This document shows, in pieces, positions 29,782 to 39,219 of a DNA stretch of 64,000 nt. Source of the stretch: Candidatus Hadarchaeota archaeon (GTDB lineage Archaea; CAYQAE01; CAYVLA01); NCBI GenBank assembly GCA_964452145.1, contig CAYVLA010000007.1, forward strand, positions 1 through 64,000, in the 5' to 3' direction. Numbering within the stretch: the stretch's first letter is position 1; each line of letters starts with the position of its first letter. The notes under the pieces are model-generated. The model was not told the DNA's origin. It saw only the letters and a list, made by a program, of their open reading frames with translations, and ran no database searches. Both the position numbers and the translations under genes were made by a program.

Positions 29782-31707
29782 CTAGACCAGGGAACGCAAC
29801 ATGGCCCATGTGTCCAGGTAATGTTCGGTGCAGCTCTCCGTCTCCCTCAGGAACTCCGACGTCTTCCGGGCCAGGTCATTCGCCTCATCACACCGGGCCG
29901 AGGCCCTCAGCATGACCGTCTGAGCCCTCATGCGCAACAGCTTGGTATAGTGTTTGATCAGGGCCAGATAACGCTTCTCTCGATCATCTGCAGCCTCCAT
30001 TCGGTCCAGATCCGACGAGAACGCATCCGCCTCCCGCACGATCTGGGCTGCCCTCGCCCCATCGCAGGAGCTCAGCGGGCCCGTGTGGATCTTGTCGTCT
30101 GATGGGGACAGGAGGCGATCCATTCTTGACAGGTAGGCGTATACCGCGCTGCTGTTACGTCCGAAGCAAGCCTTGAGGTGTTCTCGGATCACCGCGTCGA
30201 GATCGACCTCAGAGTCCCAGAGCGTTTCAGCCATGGATGCCATAGGAAGTCCCGTGGGGTAGAAGCATCTGAGGACCTGAACGCTCACCATTCCGTTGAG
30301 GTCCAGCTGCGTCAGAGACTTTATGTCCCGATGGATGAGGCGTGCAAACCCCAGGGGATTCAAATACCTGTGGTAAGGCATCCAGAGGTAGTACTCGAAG
30401 ATGAAGCTATCCCCATCGAAGATCTCCTTCCACCCCTTCCGGATCAGCACGTATTCGGCGTTGGTTCTCGGTGGCCTGACCTCGTTCAAATCCCAGCCTC
30501 CGGATTCGCCACCGCCCGAACACAGAGGATCGGAGAGGGAATGGACATAACAGCGGGATATGGGGGCGAACATGAAGACCAGCAGGTCCCGTTCAGGTCC
30601 GAACCTCTCCACCCTCGGGGGAGAGAGCGTGTTGCTGTAGCACAGGAAGACGAGCCTGGTCTTCAGCCCTTGCTTCCCCATCCTCTTGGCGACCGCTCTG
30701 ACTAGTCTGACGTACCAGTCGGATGGGCTGAGCGTCCTGCAGGACTTGCATTCGCAAAAGTTGTTTGTTCCATCCGAAAGCCAGAAGTGGAGGCTGTCGA
30801 CCTCCGGATGCGATGAAGCATATCCAACCACGTCATCCACGATTCCCCGGAAGGCTCTGGGGTTGGAGTAGCACAGCTCGGTGTTCAACGGAGTGTTGCC
30901 GTGGAACTCCCTCTTCCCCCCGACCTCGGCCAATAGTTGGCGGGTCGCCTCATCGGGCTCCCTTTCAGCCTCATACCAGCCCAGGCCCGGGAATCCTACG
31001 GACTCCGCGGTCCAGCCATGACCGACCCTGTGCAGCATCAACCCCCTCGCCTTGACCGCCTGGATGACTTCATCGTCCATCTCAAGGGAGCGCTTCACGT
31101 CTATTTTCTCGGGGACCCCGTGGGATTTGTTGTACTCGCGGGAGTAGTAGTTATTCCAGAAGTACAAAGATGTCTTCAACTGAAGGAAGAAGGTGTTCAT
31201 CTTGCGCTTTGCCATCCAGTCAATGATGCTGATCGCGTTCTCAAGAGATGGAGCGCACTCGATGGATACTCCCCGGTGGCGGTATGAGGCTTTCTGGGCG
31301 ATCTCCAGATTGTACAGATCCGAGCAATCCCGCCTGGGAAGGACCTCTCCGAGGTATCCGGGTCCTATCCACCTGGCACCAAGATGCTCGAGAAGGTCGT
31401 ATGTTGCGAAGAGAACGCTTCTGGGGTTCGACCCTGTGATGAGGCAGTTGCCATCCCTCTGCGTAACCAGTATCTCGTCATCCAGGTCGTGGGAAGGGCA
31501 TTCCTCACCCAGGATGGGCGAGAACTGGTCTCTGGTACCAACTATGATGTGGCCTGATTCGTCGAAGGGAAGAGCCTCCGCGTGGGAAAGCCTAACCCTC
31601 TCCCCTGTCATCCTCATCAGACACCGGCGCAGTTCCGCGGCCGCGAACCTCACCGGATTCGGCGAGTCGGGGCTAACCTTGATCCCAAGATCGGGTTTGC
31701 CGGGCAT
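29782..31707 (-). CDS. DUF4838-family protein with GH67/GH20-like N-terminal domain (putative glycoside hydrolase)
   Basis: FAAAELRRCL, GSNPRSVLFATYDLLEHLG.RW, YRHRG, IDWMAK.KMN, ELCYSNP, SDG..NFCEC..C, FLCYSNT..PP. Confidence 0.75.
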   Translation of the reverse strand: MPGKPDLGIKVSPDSPNPVRFAAAELRRCLMRMTGERVRLSHAEALPFDESGHIIVGTRDQFSPILGEECPSHDLDDEILVTQRDGNCLITGSNPRSVLFATYDLLEHLGARWIGPGYLGEVLPRRDCSDLYNLEIAQKASYRHRGVSIECAPSLENAISIIDWMAKRKMNTFFLQLKTSLYFWNNYYSREYNKSHGVPEKIDVKRSLEMDDEVIQAVKARGLMLHRVGHGWTAESVGFPGLGWYEAEREPDEATRQLLAEVGGKREFHGNTPLNTELCYSNPRAFRGIVDDVVGYASSHPEVDSLHFWLSDGTNNFCECKSCRTLSPSDWYVRLVRAVAKRMGKQGLKTRLVFLCYSNTLSPPRVERFGPERDLLVFMFAPISRCYVHSLSDPLCSGGGESGGWDLNEVRPPRTNAEYVLIRKGWKEIFDGDSFIFEYYLWMPYHRYLNPLGFARLIHRDIKSLTQLDLNGMVSVQVLRCFYPTGLPMASMAETLWDSEVDLDAVIREHLKACFGRNSSAVYAYLSRMDRLLSPSDDKIHTGPLSSCDGARAAQIVREADAFSSDLDRMEAADDREKRYLALIKHYTKLLRMRAQTVMLRASARCDEANDLARKTSEFLRETESCTEHYLDTWAMLRSLV

Positions 31708-31758
31708 GGAATCCGGCAAGAGCGGCCCCCTTCTTAACCGTCTCGTCGCCAGTACCCG

Positions 31759-32232
31759 CTATGCCGCTTGTCTGCCGAGTCCGGTGGGCTTGTCGACGAC
31801 CATCCCGAGTTGTTTGCAGAAGTTGCCGTAGTACCTTCTTCTGTAGTGGACGCACGTTGTGCAGATCTCCTTGACGAAGGTCTGCCGACAACTGTGGTCC
31901 TGCCACCTATCGTAGCGCTGAGCCTCCGGCTTTGCCTCAAGCTTTCTACCCGTCCCCACCGGCTCTCCAATGAGGCTGAGCTTGTGTGGCAGAACCTGCT
32001 CGCCCTGTACCTTGACCGGAGCCGATGATCGCATGTGTCGGCGCATGTAGAAAAGGAGGAACACTATGCCTGCGATCGTCACACCTATGACAACGTAGGT
32101 GGACCGTTCCACCAACTTGTCCGCCTCATCGTATCCCACCCATGGCATGAACGCAATGATCACGCTGTAGATCGCCACAGCAGTTATGAGCAGCCACAGG
32201 AACCTGTACGACTTCTCGCCCTTCGCTGACAC
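31759..32232 (-). CDS. Hypothetical 2-TM protein with Cys-rich C-terminal domain
   Basis: Two hydrophobic helices; tail C-x8-CxxC-x11-C; GGAGG SD upstream of GTG. Confidence 0.7.
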   Translation of the reverse strand: MSAKGEKSYRFLWLLITAVAIYSVIIAFMPWVGYDEADKLVERSTYVVIGVTIAGIVFLLFYMRRHMRSSAPVKVQGEQVLPHKLSLIGEPVGTGRKLEAKPEAQRYDRWQDHSCRQTFVKEICTTCVHYRRRYYGNFCKQLGMVVDKPTGLGRQAA

Positions 32233-32357
32233 TTCCCTCCCCAGGGTGATTTGCTCGGGCTGTTGAAAGCTGTTTTGTATTCGGCCGAGAATGAATCCGG
32301 AGAAACATTAAAGGCCCTCGTGGCGGCGGGTCATGCGGTGAAGATACGTACGGATGG

Positions 32358-34157
32358 ATGAATTCCCTTCTCAGGGTCGACCTGGATTCCGGACAGATCA
32401 AGCAGGACAAGCTCGATGGATTGTTGCTCAAGCAGTTTCTGGGCGGACGTGGCCTCGGTGCAAGGATACTATACGATGAGCTCGCCCCAGCCATCGATCC
32501 TCTTGGCCCCGAGAACAAGCTGATATTCGCCACCGGACCGGTAACCGGGACAAGCGTTCCAACGTCCGGGAGGATGAGCGTCTCAACCAAGTCCCCCCTG
32601 ACCAACACCATCCTAGATGCCAATGCCGGAGGCAAATGGGGACCCGAGTTGAAGAGGGCGGGCCACGACGCCATGGTCATAGAGGGTGCAGCAGAGGAAC
32701 CCTCGCTACTGGTCGTGGGCGAAGATGGCATAGACATCCGCAGTGGCAAGAGCTACTGGGGAAAGAAGGTCCACGAGAGTACCCGGTCCCTGTCCAACTA
32801 TGAGGGCGGCGAGTATAACGTTGCCTGCATAGGCCCGGCCGGGGAGAAGCTGGTCCTGTTCTCGACGATAATGTTCGACAAGGCCGGCAACGGGGGCAGA
32901 GGGGGCGTCGCGGCCCGCGGCGGGCCGGGAGCGGTCATGGGATCCAAGAATCTCAAAGCGATCCTCGTCAGCGGGTCTAGGAGGGTGGAGATCGCAGATC
33001 CAGAGAAGCTGAAGTTCTTCGTGGCCGAGACTAGGAAGAAGCTTGACGAAAGCCCCATTACATCTAGAGCGCTTCCCAAGTTTGGCACAAACGTGCTGAT
33101 GAACGTCATCAACATCCACGGCCTTCTTCCGGTGAGGAATTTTCAGGAGGGCTGTTCCGAGAAGGCCGACGAGGTCTCGGGCGAGGCCGTGACTGAGAGA
33201 ATACTGAAAAAGCGAAGCGCCTGTTTCGGATGCCCGATTGGGTGCGGCAGGAAGACGCGCACAGCCCATGCCTCCGGAGACGGCCCCGAGTACGAGACGG
33301 CCTTTGCGTTGGGGCCGGAATGCGGGGTCTTCGACTTGGACGTCATCACCGAGGCCAACTATCTCTGCAATGAATACGGGCTTGACACCATATCTACGGG
33401 AGTCACGATAGGCTGCCTCATGGAACTCGCCCAGCGCGGCATCATCAAGGAAGGAATCCGTTTCGGGGACGGCGAGTCGCTCAAGTCCCTCATACCCAGG
33501 ATAGCTGCCAGGGATGGGATAGGTGATGAACTGGCTCAGGGCTCCAGAAGGTTTGCCGAGAGCCACGGAGCAGGTCGGTACTCCATGAGCGTGAAAGGCA
33601 TGGAGCTCCCCGCCTATGACCCAAGAGGGGCGCAGGGCATGGCCTTGGCCTATGCTACGTCTAACAGGGGCGGATGCCACCTCCGAGGTTACATGATCGG
33701 TTGGGAGGTCCTTGGAGTCCCCAAACTAATCGATAGGTTCACCTGGTCGGGGAAGGCAGACCTGCTAGCGAGGGGCCAGGATCTCTACGCTTCGATGGAT
33801 TCCCTCATCGTGTGCAAGTTCGTTGGCTACAACGTCAACCAGGAGTACCTTGCACGTGTGCTGAAGGCTACCACCGGGGTTGATTACAGTCAGGAGGACA
33901 TCATGGAGATCGGGAAGAGAATCTACTCCTTGGAGAGGGCCTTCAACGCCCGGGAGGGATTCGATCGGAAGGACGACTCCTTGCCCCCCCGCTTCACCCA
34001 GGAGCCCCTGAAAGAGGGAGGCTCAAAGGGTGCCACGGTCAGGCTCCAAGAGATGCTCGACGAGTACTACGCCGTCAGAGGCTGGGACACCAACGGCGTT
34101 CCAACCCGCAAGACTCTTGATGCTCTCGACCTGGGATTCGTAAGACTCGGAGGGTGA
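32358..34157 (+). CDS. aor: Aldehyde:ferredoxin oxidoreductase (tungstopterin AOR family)
   Basis: LGGRGLG, KSPLT, ACIGPAGE, GAVMGSKNLKAI, CFGCPIGC, PEYET, GLDTIS, KGMELPAYDPR, RGGCH, DSL..CKF, EYYAVRGWD.NG.P. Confidence 0.95.
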   Translation: MNSLLRVDLDSGQIKQDKLDGLLLKQFLGGRGLGARILYDELAPAIDPLGPENKLIFATGPVTGTSVPTSGRMSVSTKSPLTNTILDANAGGKWGPELKRAGHDAMVIEGAAEEPSLLVVGEDGIDIRSGKSYWGKKVHESTRSLSNYEGGEYNVACIGPAGEKLVLFSTIMFDKAGNGGRGGVAARGGPGAVMGSKNLKAILVSGSRRVEIADPEKLKFFVAETRKKLDESPITSRALPKFGTNVLMNVINIHGLLPVRNFQEGCSEKADEVSGEAVTERILKKRSACFGCPIGCGRKTRTAHASGDGPEYETAFALGPECGVFDLDVITEANYLCNEYGLDTISTGVTIGCLMELAQRGIIKEGIRFGDGESLKSLIPRIAARDGIGDELAQGSRRFAESHGAGRYSMSVKGMELPAYDPRGAQGMALAYATSNRGGCHLRGYMIGWEVLGVPKLIDRFTWSGKADLLARGQDLYASMDSLIVCKFVGYNVNQEYLARVLKATTGVDYSQEDIMEIGKRIYSLERAFNAREGFDRKDDSLPPRFTQEPLKEGGSKGATVRLQEMLDEYYAVRGWDTNGVPTRKTLDALDLGFVRLGG

Positions 34158-34161
34158 TTAC

Positions 34162-35007
34162 ATGGCAGAGTACGTGAAATCTCTGGCTCATCGCTTGAGG
34201 CTTGACGCAGCAAGGCTTGGCACGCTAGCCGGGCAGGACGATATCCCGTCGAGGGCCGACATCCTCGCGGCCGCGAGGCTTCTGGAGAGATCGGTTTTCC
34301 ACCTTGACAGGGCCACTTCCAACAGGAAAGCCTCTGAGGTGGTGGTGGCAGAGGAGGGCGAGATGCTCGACGTAGAGATCGAGAAGGACCTACTGGAGGC
34401 CAACAGGGCGATTGCCGAGGTCAACAGGGCCATCTTCGCCAAGCACGGCATCCTGTCCATTGATGTCATGGGATCGGTCGGATCGGGAAAGACGAGCCTG
34501 ATAGCCGCCATGGTCGAGCGCCTTGGAGGCAGGTTGAGGTGTGGCATGCTGGGCGGCGATGTCGCCACGAGCATCGACGCAGACAGAATAAGAGAGAAGG
34601 GGGCTGAGACGGTTCAGGTAAACACGGGCAAGGAGTGCCACCTGGACGCCAATCTGGTGAGAAGGGCCCTGGACAGGTTCGATCTGAGCGGCTTGGACGT
34701 TCTCTTCGTTGAGAACGTTGGGAACTTGATCTGCCCCTCCGAGTTCGACCTGGGTTGCAGCAAGAGAGCGGTCGTCATATCGGTGACCGAGGGCGAGAGC
34801 ATGGTGGTCAAGCACCCCATGATCTTCGCCGATGCGGATGTTGTGGCCATAAACAAGATCGACATGGCTGACGTCTTCGGCACCGATGTCGAGAAGCTCG
34901 AAGCCGATCTGGCCTTCATCAATCCCAGGACGACTGCGGTTAGAACGAGTGCAACGAGGGGACTCGGCATCGAAAGCCTCATGCAGGCTCTCTCCCTCCC
35001 CCCTTAA
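34162..35007 (+). CDS. hypB: Hydrogenase nickel-incorporation GTPase HypB with N-terminal extension
   Basis: GSVGSGKT, NTGKECHLDA, ENVGNLICP, SVTEG, KHP, INKID. Confidence 0.92.
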   Translation: MAEYVKSLAHRLRLDAARLGTLAGQDDIPSRADILAAARLLERSVFHLDRATSNRKASEVVVAEEGEMLDVEIEKDLLEANRAIAEVNRAIFAKHGILSIDVMGSVGSGKTSLIAAMVERLGGRLRCGMLGGDVATSIDADRIREKGAETVQVNTGKECHLDANLVRRALDRFDLSGLDVLFVENVGNLICPSEFDLGCSKRAVVISVTEGESMVVKHPMIFADADVVAINKIDMADVFGTDVEKLEADLAFINPRTTAVRTSATRGLGIESLMQALSLPP

Positions 35008-35018
35008 GCTAGCAATGT

Positions 35019-35393
35019 TCATTGCTGAACCGTTACGCTGATGATCTTCAGCTCGCGGCCCGATATGGTTTTCAAATCGCTGCTGCCACACGAGCAGCTC
35101 AACCTAGGGGTGTACAGATGAGAGGCTGGATCGTCATAGGGAGCTGTCCACCTGAACCGTGACCCGCAGCTCTGGCAGGCGAGAACTGCCGGACCGATCT
35201 CTACGTCAAGTTCTGCCCCTTCGGCCAAGGTTCCCTTCGAGGCGACCCCAAAGCAGAATCTCAGCTGATCGGGATTCAGGAGGGTGAGTTCTCCGATCTG
35301 CAGCTTGACCCTCGTGACGCGGCTTGCGCCTCTCTCGGCTGCCACGCCGACAGCTGTGCGCACCACAACGGTCGCCGAAGACAGCTCGTGCAT
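35019..35393 (-). CDS. hypA: Hydrogenase maturation nickel metallochaperone HypA
   Basis: MHELS start (ATG 35393), IGELT..NPDQLRFCF, CQSC...CSCGS, GREL; TTATAA at 35416-21. Confidence 0.92.
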   Translation of the reverse strand: MHELSSATVVVRTAVGVAAERGASRVTRVKLQIGELTLLNPDQLRFCFGVASKGTLAEGAELDVEIGPAVLACQSCGSRFRWTAPYDDPASHLYTPRLSCSCGSSDLKTISGRELKIISVTVQQ

Positions 35394-35564
35394 ACGGAAG
35401 AACTCGTCGATTGCCTTATAATGGGATTGGCCCCCTGGTGGGCCGCGCCAGCGAAAGGGGGTTTCGGTTGCCATCCATGACCTAAAGGACTGTAGAGGGA
35501 TAAGCCCGCTCTTCGCTCTTCGGAATTATTTATTAGAACTCCTAGATCTGGACTGTCGACTCAA

Positions 35565-35656
35565 GGGGCCGTAGGGTAGCCTGGTCCATCCTTCCAGCTG
35601 CCACGTTTGGCTGGACTGGGGTGCTGGTGACTCCGGTTCAAATCCGGGCGGCCCCA
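35565..35656 (+). tRNA. tRNA-Pro(GGG) with 17-nt intron (35600-35616) at position 32/33
   Basis: Acceptor GGGGCCG/CGGCCCC-A; D arm; anticodon stem CCAGC/GCTGG with loop TT-GGG-GT after intron removal; T arm GGTTCAAATCC; complete BHB motif; TATA-like TTATTTATT upstream; CCA not encoded. Confidence 0.95.
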
Positions 35657-35668
35657 TCCTAGGACGCG

Positions 35669-36589
35669 ATGCTTATGCAGTTTGGGACCTACGAGGACTC
35701 CGCCCTCCCGAGCCTTGCCGATCTAGTCCAGAAGGCCCACCCGCTTCACGAGATCTCCATCAGAACCATGAGGAAGGTGACCTTGGAGGACCCGAATTTC
35801 CTCCCAACCGACCTGCTCCTGGCCCGCAAGGCCGGATTGCTTCGCGGAGCAGTGATTGGTGCGCGGTACAGGAAATCCCCCCAGGACAAGGTAGCCAACA
35901 ACCCGAACGCGTACGTCAAACTGATCTGCACCGTTCCTTTTGATGCGACCCTGATGCACGAGCTGCTGGAGAAGATGGCCGAGCACCTGAGAAGCGAGGG
36001 CTCCAAGAAGCTCATATACTCCAACTTTGCGAGCTGGCATCTCCTCCCGGGCGTCTATCTTCGCTATGAGGACCTACTAGACTTCCTCCTGTCGGAGGGA
36101 TTCAAAAAGTGCGGGGAGTGCGTGGACTACATTGTGGACCTATCAGCCTTCAGGGTCCCAAGGAGAATCGTGGCCGCCGAGGATCGGCTGGTAGACAGCG
36201 GCGTGGTCTTCACCTTGGTTAACCCTACCGACAAGGAGAAGCTCAGAGACTGGGTGAAAGCCAAGTTCGGGTCGACATGGGCCTACGAGGCGGAGAGGGC
36301 AATAGGTCGTCCAGGTGCTGGGGTCTGGGTCGCAGAGGACGAGGGTGGGCCGATGGCCTTCTCCGTCTTCGGGTCCTTGGAACACCATTGGTTCGGGCCC
36401 ATCGGAGTAATGGAGGAGAAGAGAAAGATGGGGGTTGGCTCTGTCATGCTCTTCAAGACACTTGAGTCAATGAAACAACTTGGGATAGGCAAGGCGGTCA
36501 TCCCATGGACCGGCCACCTCTTCTTCTACTCCCAAGTGCCCGGAGTAGTCGGACTGCGCCACTACTGGATGATGAGCAAGGACCTGTAG
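35669..36589 (+). CDS. Tandem GNAT-family N-acetyltransferase
   Basis: C-domain FGPIGV..EKRKMGVGSVML and FYS..G acetyl-CoA motifs; N-domain degenerate. Confidence 0.85.
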   Translation: MLMQFGTYEDSALPSLADLVQKAHPLHEISIRTMRKVTLEDPNFLPTDLLLARKAGLLRGAVIGARYRKSPQDKVANNPNAYVKLICTVPFDATLMHELLEKMAEHLRSEGSKKLIYSNFASWHLLPGVYLRYEDLLDFLLSEGFKKCGECVDYIVDLSAFRVPRRIVAAEDRLVDSGVVFTLVNPTDKEKLRDWVKAKFGSTWAYEAERAIGRPGAGVWVAEDEGGPMAFSVFGSLEHHWFGPIGVMEEKRKMGVGSVMLFKTLESMKQLGIGKAVIPWTGHLFFYSQVPGVVGLRHYWMMSKDL

Positions 36590-36600
36590 TCCGCTCCCAT

Positions 36601-37356
36601 CTACAGCTGTTTGCCGCATTGGGCGCAGAACTTGCTGTCGGACTTCAGTTCAGCGCCGCAGTGCCGACAGAAGGTTTTCGCCTCCTCTGGTTTGGGCTGC
36701 TCGGCCGGTTTGGCGGGTTCGGTCGGCGCTGCTTCGGGCTGTGCGGGGGCCGGAGAGGCGGCTGGAGGAGTTGTTGGAGCGGATGGCGCCGTTCCCGACG
36801 GCGGCGCGGCTGCAGATGCCTCCTGTTGGGTGAGGATCTTGGGGGAAACGAACGGCCCAGTGCGCGTGGAGGATTGGTAATAGACGACGGTCTTGGCGAT
36901 CCTGTCGGAGAACCTCTGCCTAGGGTCGCCCTCCATGATCAACCCTCCTATCAGGTCTAGGAGGAACAGCACCCAGTGGATTCTCGATATGTTGCGTATC
37001 AAGGCAGACGCAATTAGGGGCTTCTCGCCGTTCTCGCCTACAACCTTCAAGGACATCAGCTGCTTCCCTATCGTGGCTCCTCGGTAGCTCTCCATGAAGG
37101 CGAAGTACAGGATTCCGAGGATTCCCAGGAACAGGCTCAGCACACCGAACCCAAATGCGCCGGAGGCCAGATGGCCATAGGCTGCATTGCGCACCCACCA
37201 ATAGCCGCTGAAGAACCATCCTGCGAAGAGTATCGCCGCAAGGATGAAGTACACTATGGCCAGCAGGATCCCATCGATCACGATAGCCACGATCCTTCTG
37301 AACAAGTTCTCCTGCAAAACCGAGTCCTTCATGACCAGCTCAAGGGGCGCCACCAT
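36601..37356 (-). CDS. RDD-family membrane protein with Pro/Ala linker and C-terminal double zinc ribbon
   Basis: RRIVAIVID, GATIGK..M.LKVV, RNI.R, QRFSDRIAKT.V; FCRHCG...KFCAQCG. Confidence 0.9.
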   Translation of the reverse strand: MVAPLELVMKDSVLQENLFRRIVAIVIDGILLAIVYFILAAILFAGWFFSGYWWVRNAAYGHLASGAFGFGVLSLFLGILGILYFAFMESYRGATIGKQLMSLKVVGENGEKPLIASALIRNISRIHWVLFLLDLIGGLIMEGDPRQRFSDRIAKTVVYYQSSTRTGPFVSPKILTQQEASAAAPPSGTAPSAPTTPPAASPAPAQPEAAPTEPAKPAEQPKPEEAKTFCRHCGAELKSDSKFCAQCGKQL

Positions 37357-37440
37357 TCGATCGCCAGCCGCTAAGAAGCCGCCGCCCCTTAAAAAAGATT
37401 GTGGACGGTGGACGAACTGTGGGCATCCGTATGCCTTACG

Positions 37441-37694
37441 ATGTCAGACAGGGAGATCGACGGACTCAGGAAGGAAAGGGCCATCCTGATCGGCATCAGA
37501 AACGGCATCATGAAGGAGGTGTCCAACATCTCCAGTCGATTGAGGATCCCCTGTCTGGGAGGGTGATTCACAGCACCTTCGATGGATGTGCAGCCAGCGT
37601 CAAGAGGGTCTCCAAGTCGCTGAAGCTCGGAGACGACCAGGTATCAGGGATCATAGCTGGAATCAAGCGGAACCCGAAGACCAGTTATGCCTGA
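37441..37694 (+). pseudogene. Small hypothetical gene split by an apparent 1-nt frameshift near 37531-37534
   Basis: Gene-like codon bias in one frame up to ATC TCC, then continuing in the -1 frame (CAG TCG ATT GAG...) to TGA 37694. Confidence 0.5.
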
Positions 37695-37881
37695 GCCAAC
37701 GCCAACCCCCCTGTTAATCCACCGATGCGACGATCTGCCGGTGGTGACACGAGTTGGGCGTTGGTTTCTGATTATCGCATGTGTCTGGAATCGCTTCAAC
37801 ACCTCACTCTTTGGGGCGACTCCTCGAGCCGTCGCGTCCGGTTCAAGGATCGGTTCTGCCCTAGTGGATGAGTAATCCAGC

Positions 37882-39162
37882 CTAGGTGGAGATCAGACGC
37901 GAGACCGCTACCTCTTTGTATAGCCTTCTGCGAACCATCAAAGTCCAAAGCGCAAAGCCGGCCACAAGCGAGATTGCGCTCACCGAGATCCATTCGATCA
38001 GGTAGACCCAGAAGAGCGCCCGGTCCTTCAGCTTCACGGCCTCTCCTCTCAGCGCCTCGATAAGAGTTATGGCCTGGTCCATCTCGGTGGAAGCAGCCTG
38101 ATACTCCGTTTCAAGGTAGCTCTGCCTGCCCCGATCGGCCACCCCCTGTATGTCGACCATCTTGGCGATGACCGGCGCGCCGTTGGCCCCGAACTTGTCG
38201 GCGAAGTCCAGCAATGAGTAGATGAAGCCTTTGGACGAGGCGAAGGAGGAGAATTTGGACCTGAGGGCATGGACCAATAGGACATCGTCGGGAAGCTTCC
38301 TGCCCGTGCTGAAGATCAGCTCCGCCAGTATGATGTCCTGTACATAGGGGTTTCTGGAGGGCTGCCAGTAGTAGTCCCCCGCCAGCATATCGGCGTGAGT
38401 CCATGTGGTGGCATTGTTGTACTTCCAGTACATGGTATGGGGCATCCATCCGGTTGAGTAACGCGGGTCGGGATACGCGCCTGGGTATCCGTAGCCCGGC
38501 CCGAAATCACCGATCTCGTAGGTCGTTATCACGGCCCCCTCCCTGGGGATCGCTATACAACTGGTCGAAGGCGTCAGATAGGTCTCGACCCCCGTCAGGT
38601 CCTTGTATGGTTTGAAGACCGGCGCCACGTTCGGGTTGGTGTTCACGACATAACGCAGCGACAAGCGACTGCCATCCCAATAGAACTTCCCGCTGACGAC
38701 CTTGGGCGCATCGTTCGGGAAGACGTCGGCAACGATGGAACGGGCCCACTCCACCGCTATGTACTCAGCCATGCTCATCACCGACCGATCTTGGATGGCA
38801 CCTCTCCCCCCTTCGCTGATCGCCCTGCGGAGCATGGATTGCTGCTCGGCCGTGAAGTACTGTATCTCAAGCATGATGAGCATGAGGTACTCGTATTCGA
38901 GGAGACCCCCGTAGTTCCTCGGGAAGTAGAGTCTGATGAACCTCTGGATGTCCGCGCCGGATAGCGCGGTGAGGTGAGTTCTAGCAGGAACCAGGTGAGG
39001 ATCGGTCAGGGGATCGGCCTCAAGCCAGCCAGCTATGATGGGGATCACCGGCGGATTACCGATGATCAGAACCTTTGCGGGTCTGGCCGCTTCCCCACAT
39101 GCACAAGAAAGGGAGATCAGGCTCAGGAGAACCACCAGCAGCGGTCTCGATACTTGACCCAT
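37882..39162 (-). CDS. Secreted, C-terminally anchored protein of the uncharacterised paralogous family (copy 2)
   Basis: Signal peptide; RLYFPR; NPY; DFADKFGAN; RALFWVYLIEW-TM-LWTLMVRRRLYKEVAVSRL; TTTTAT about 25-30 nt upstream. Confidence 0.88.
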   Translation of the reverse strand: MGQVSRPLLVVLLSLISLSCACGEAARPAKVLIIGNPPVIPIIAGWLEADPLTDPHLVPARTHLTALSGADIQRFIRLYFPRNYGGLLEYEYLMLIMLEIQYFTAEQQSMLRRAISEGGRGAIQDRSVMSMAEYIAVEWARSIVADVFPNDAPKVVSGKFYWDGSRLSLRYVVNTNPNVAPVFKPYKDLTGVETYLTPSTSCIAIPREGAVITTYEIGDFGPGYGYPGAYPDPRYSTGWMPHTMYWKYNNATTWTHADMLAGDYYWQPSRNPYVQDIILAELIFSTGRKLPDDVLLVHALRSKFSSFASSKGFIYSLLDFADKFGANGAPVIAKMVDIQGVADRGRQSYLETEYQAASTEMDQAITLIEALRGEAVKLKDRALFWVYLIEWISVSAISLVAGFALWTLMVRRRLYKEVAVSRLIST

Positions 39163-39219
39163 GACCCAACTGCACTACCTACCCGGATAAAACGATTTCG
39201 AGGACAAAGACCAAAGCCC

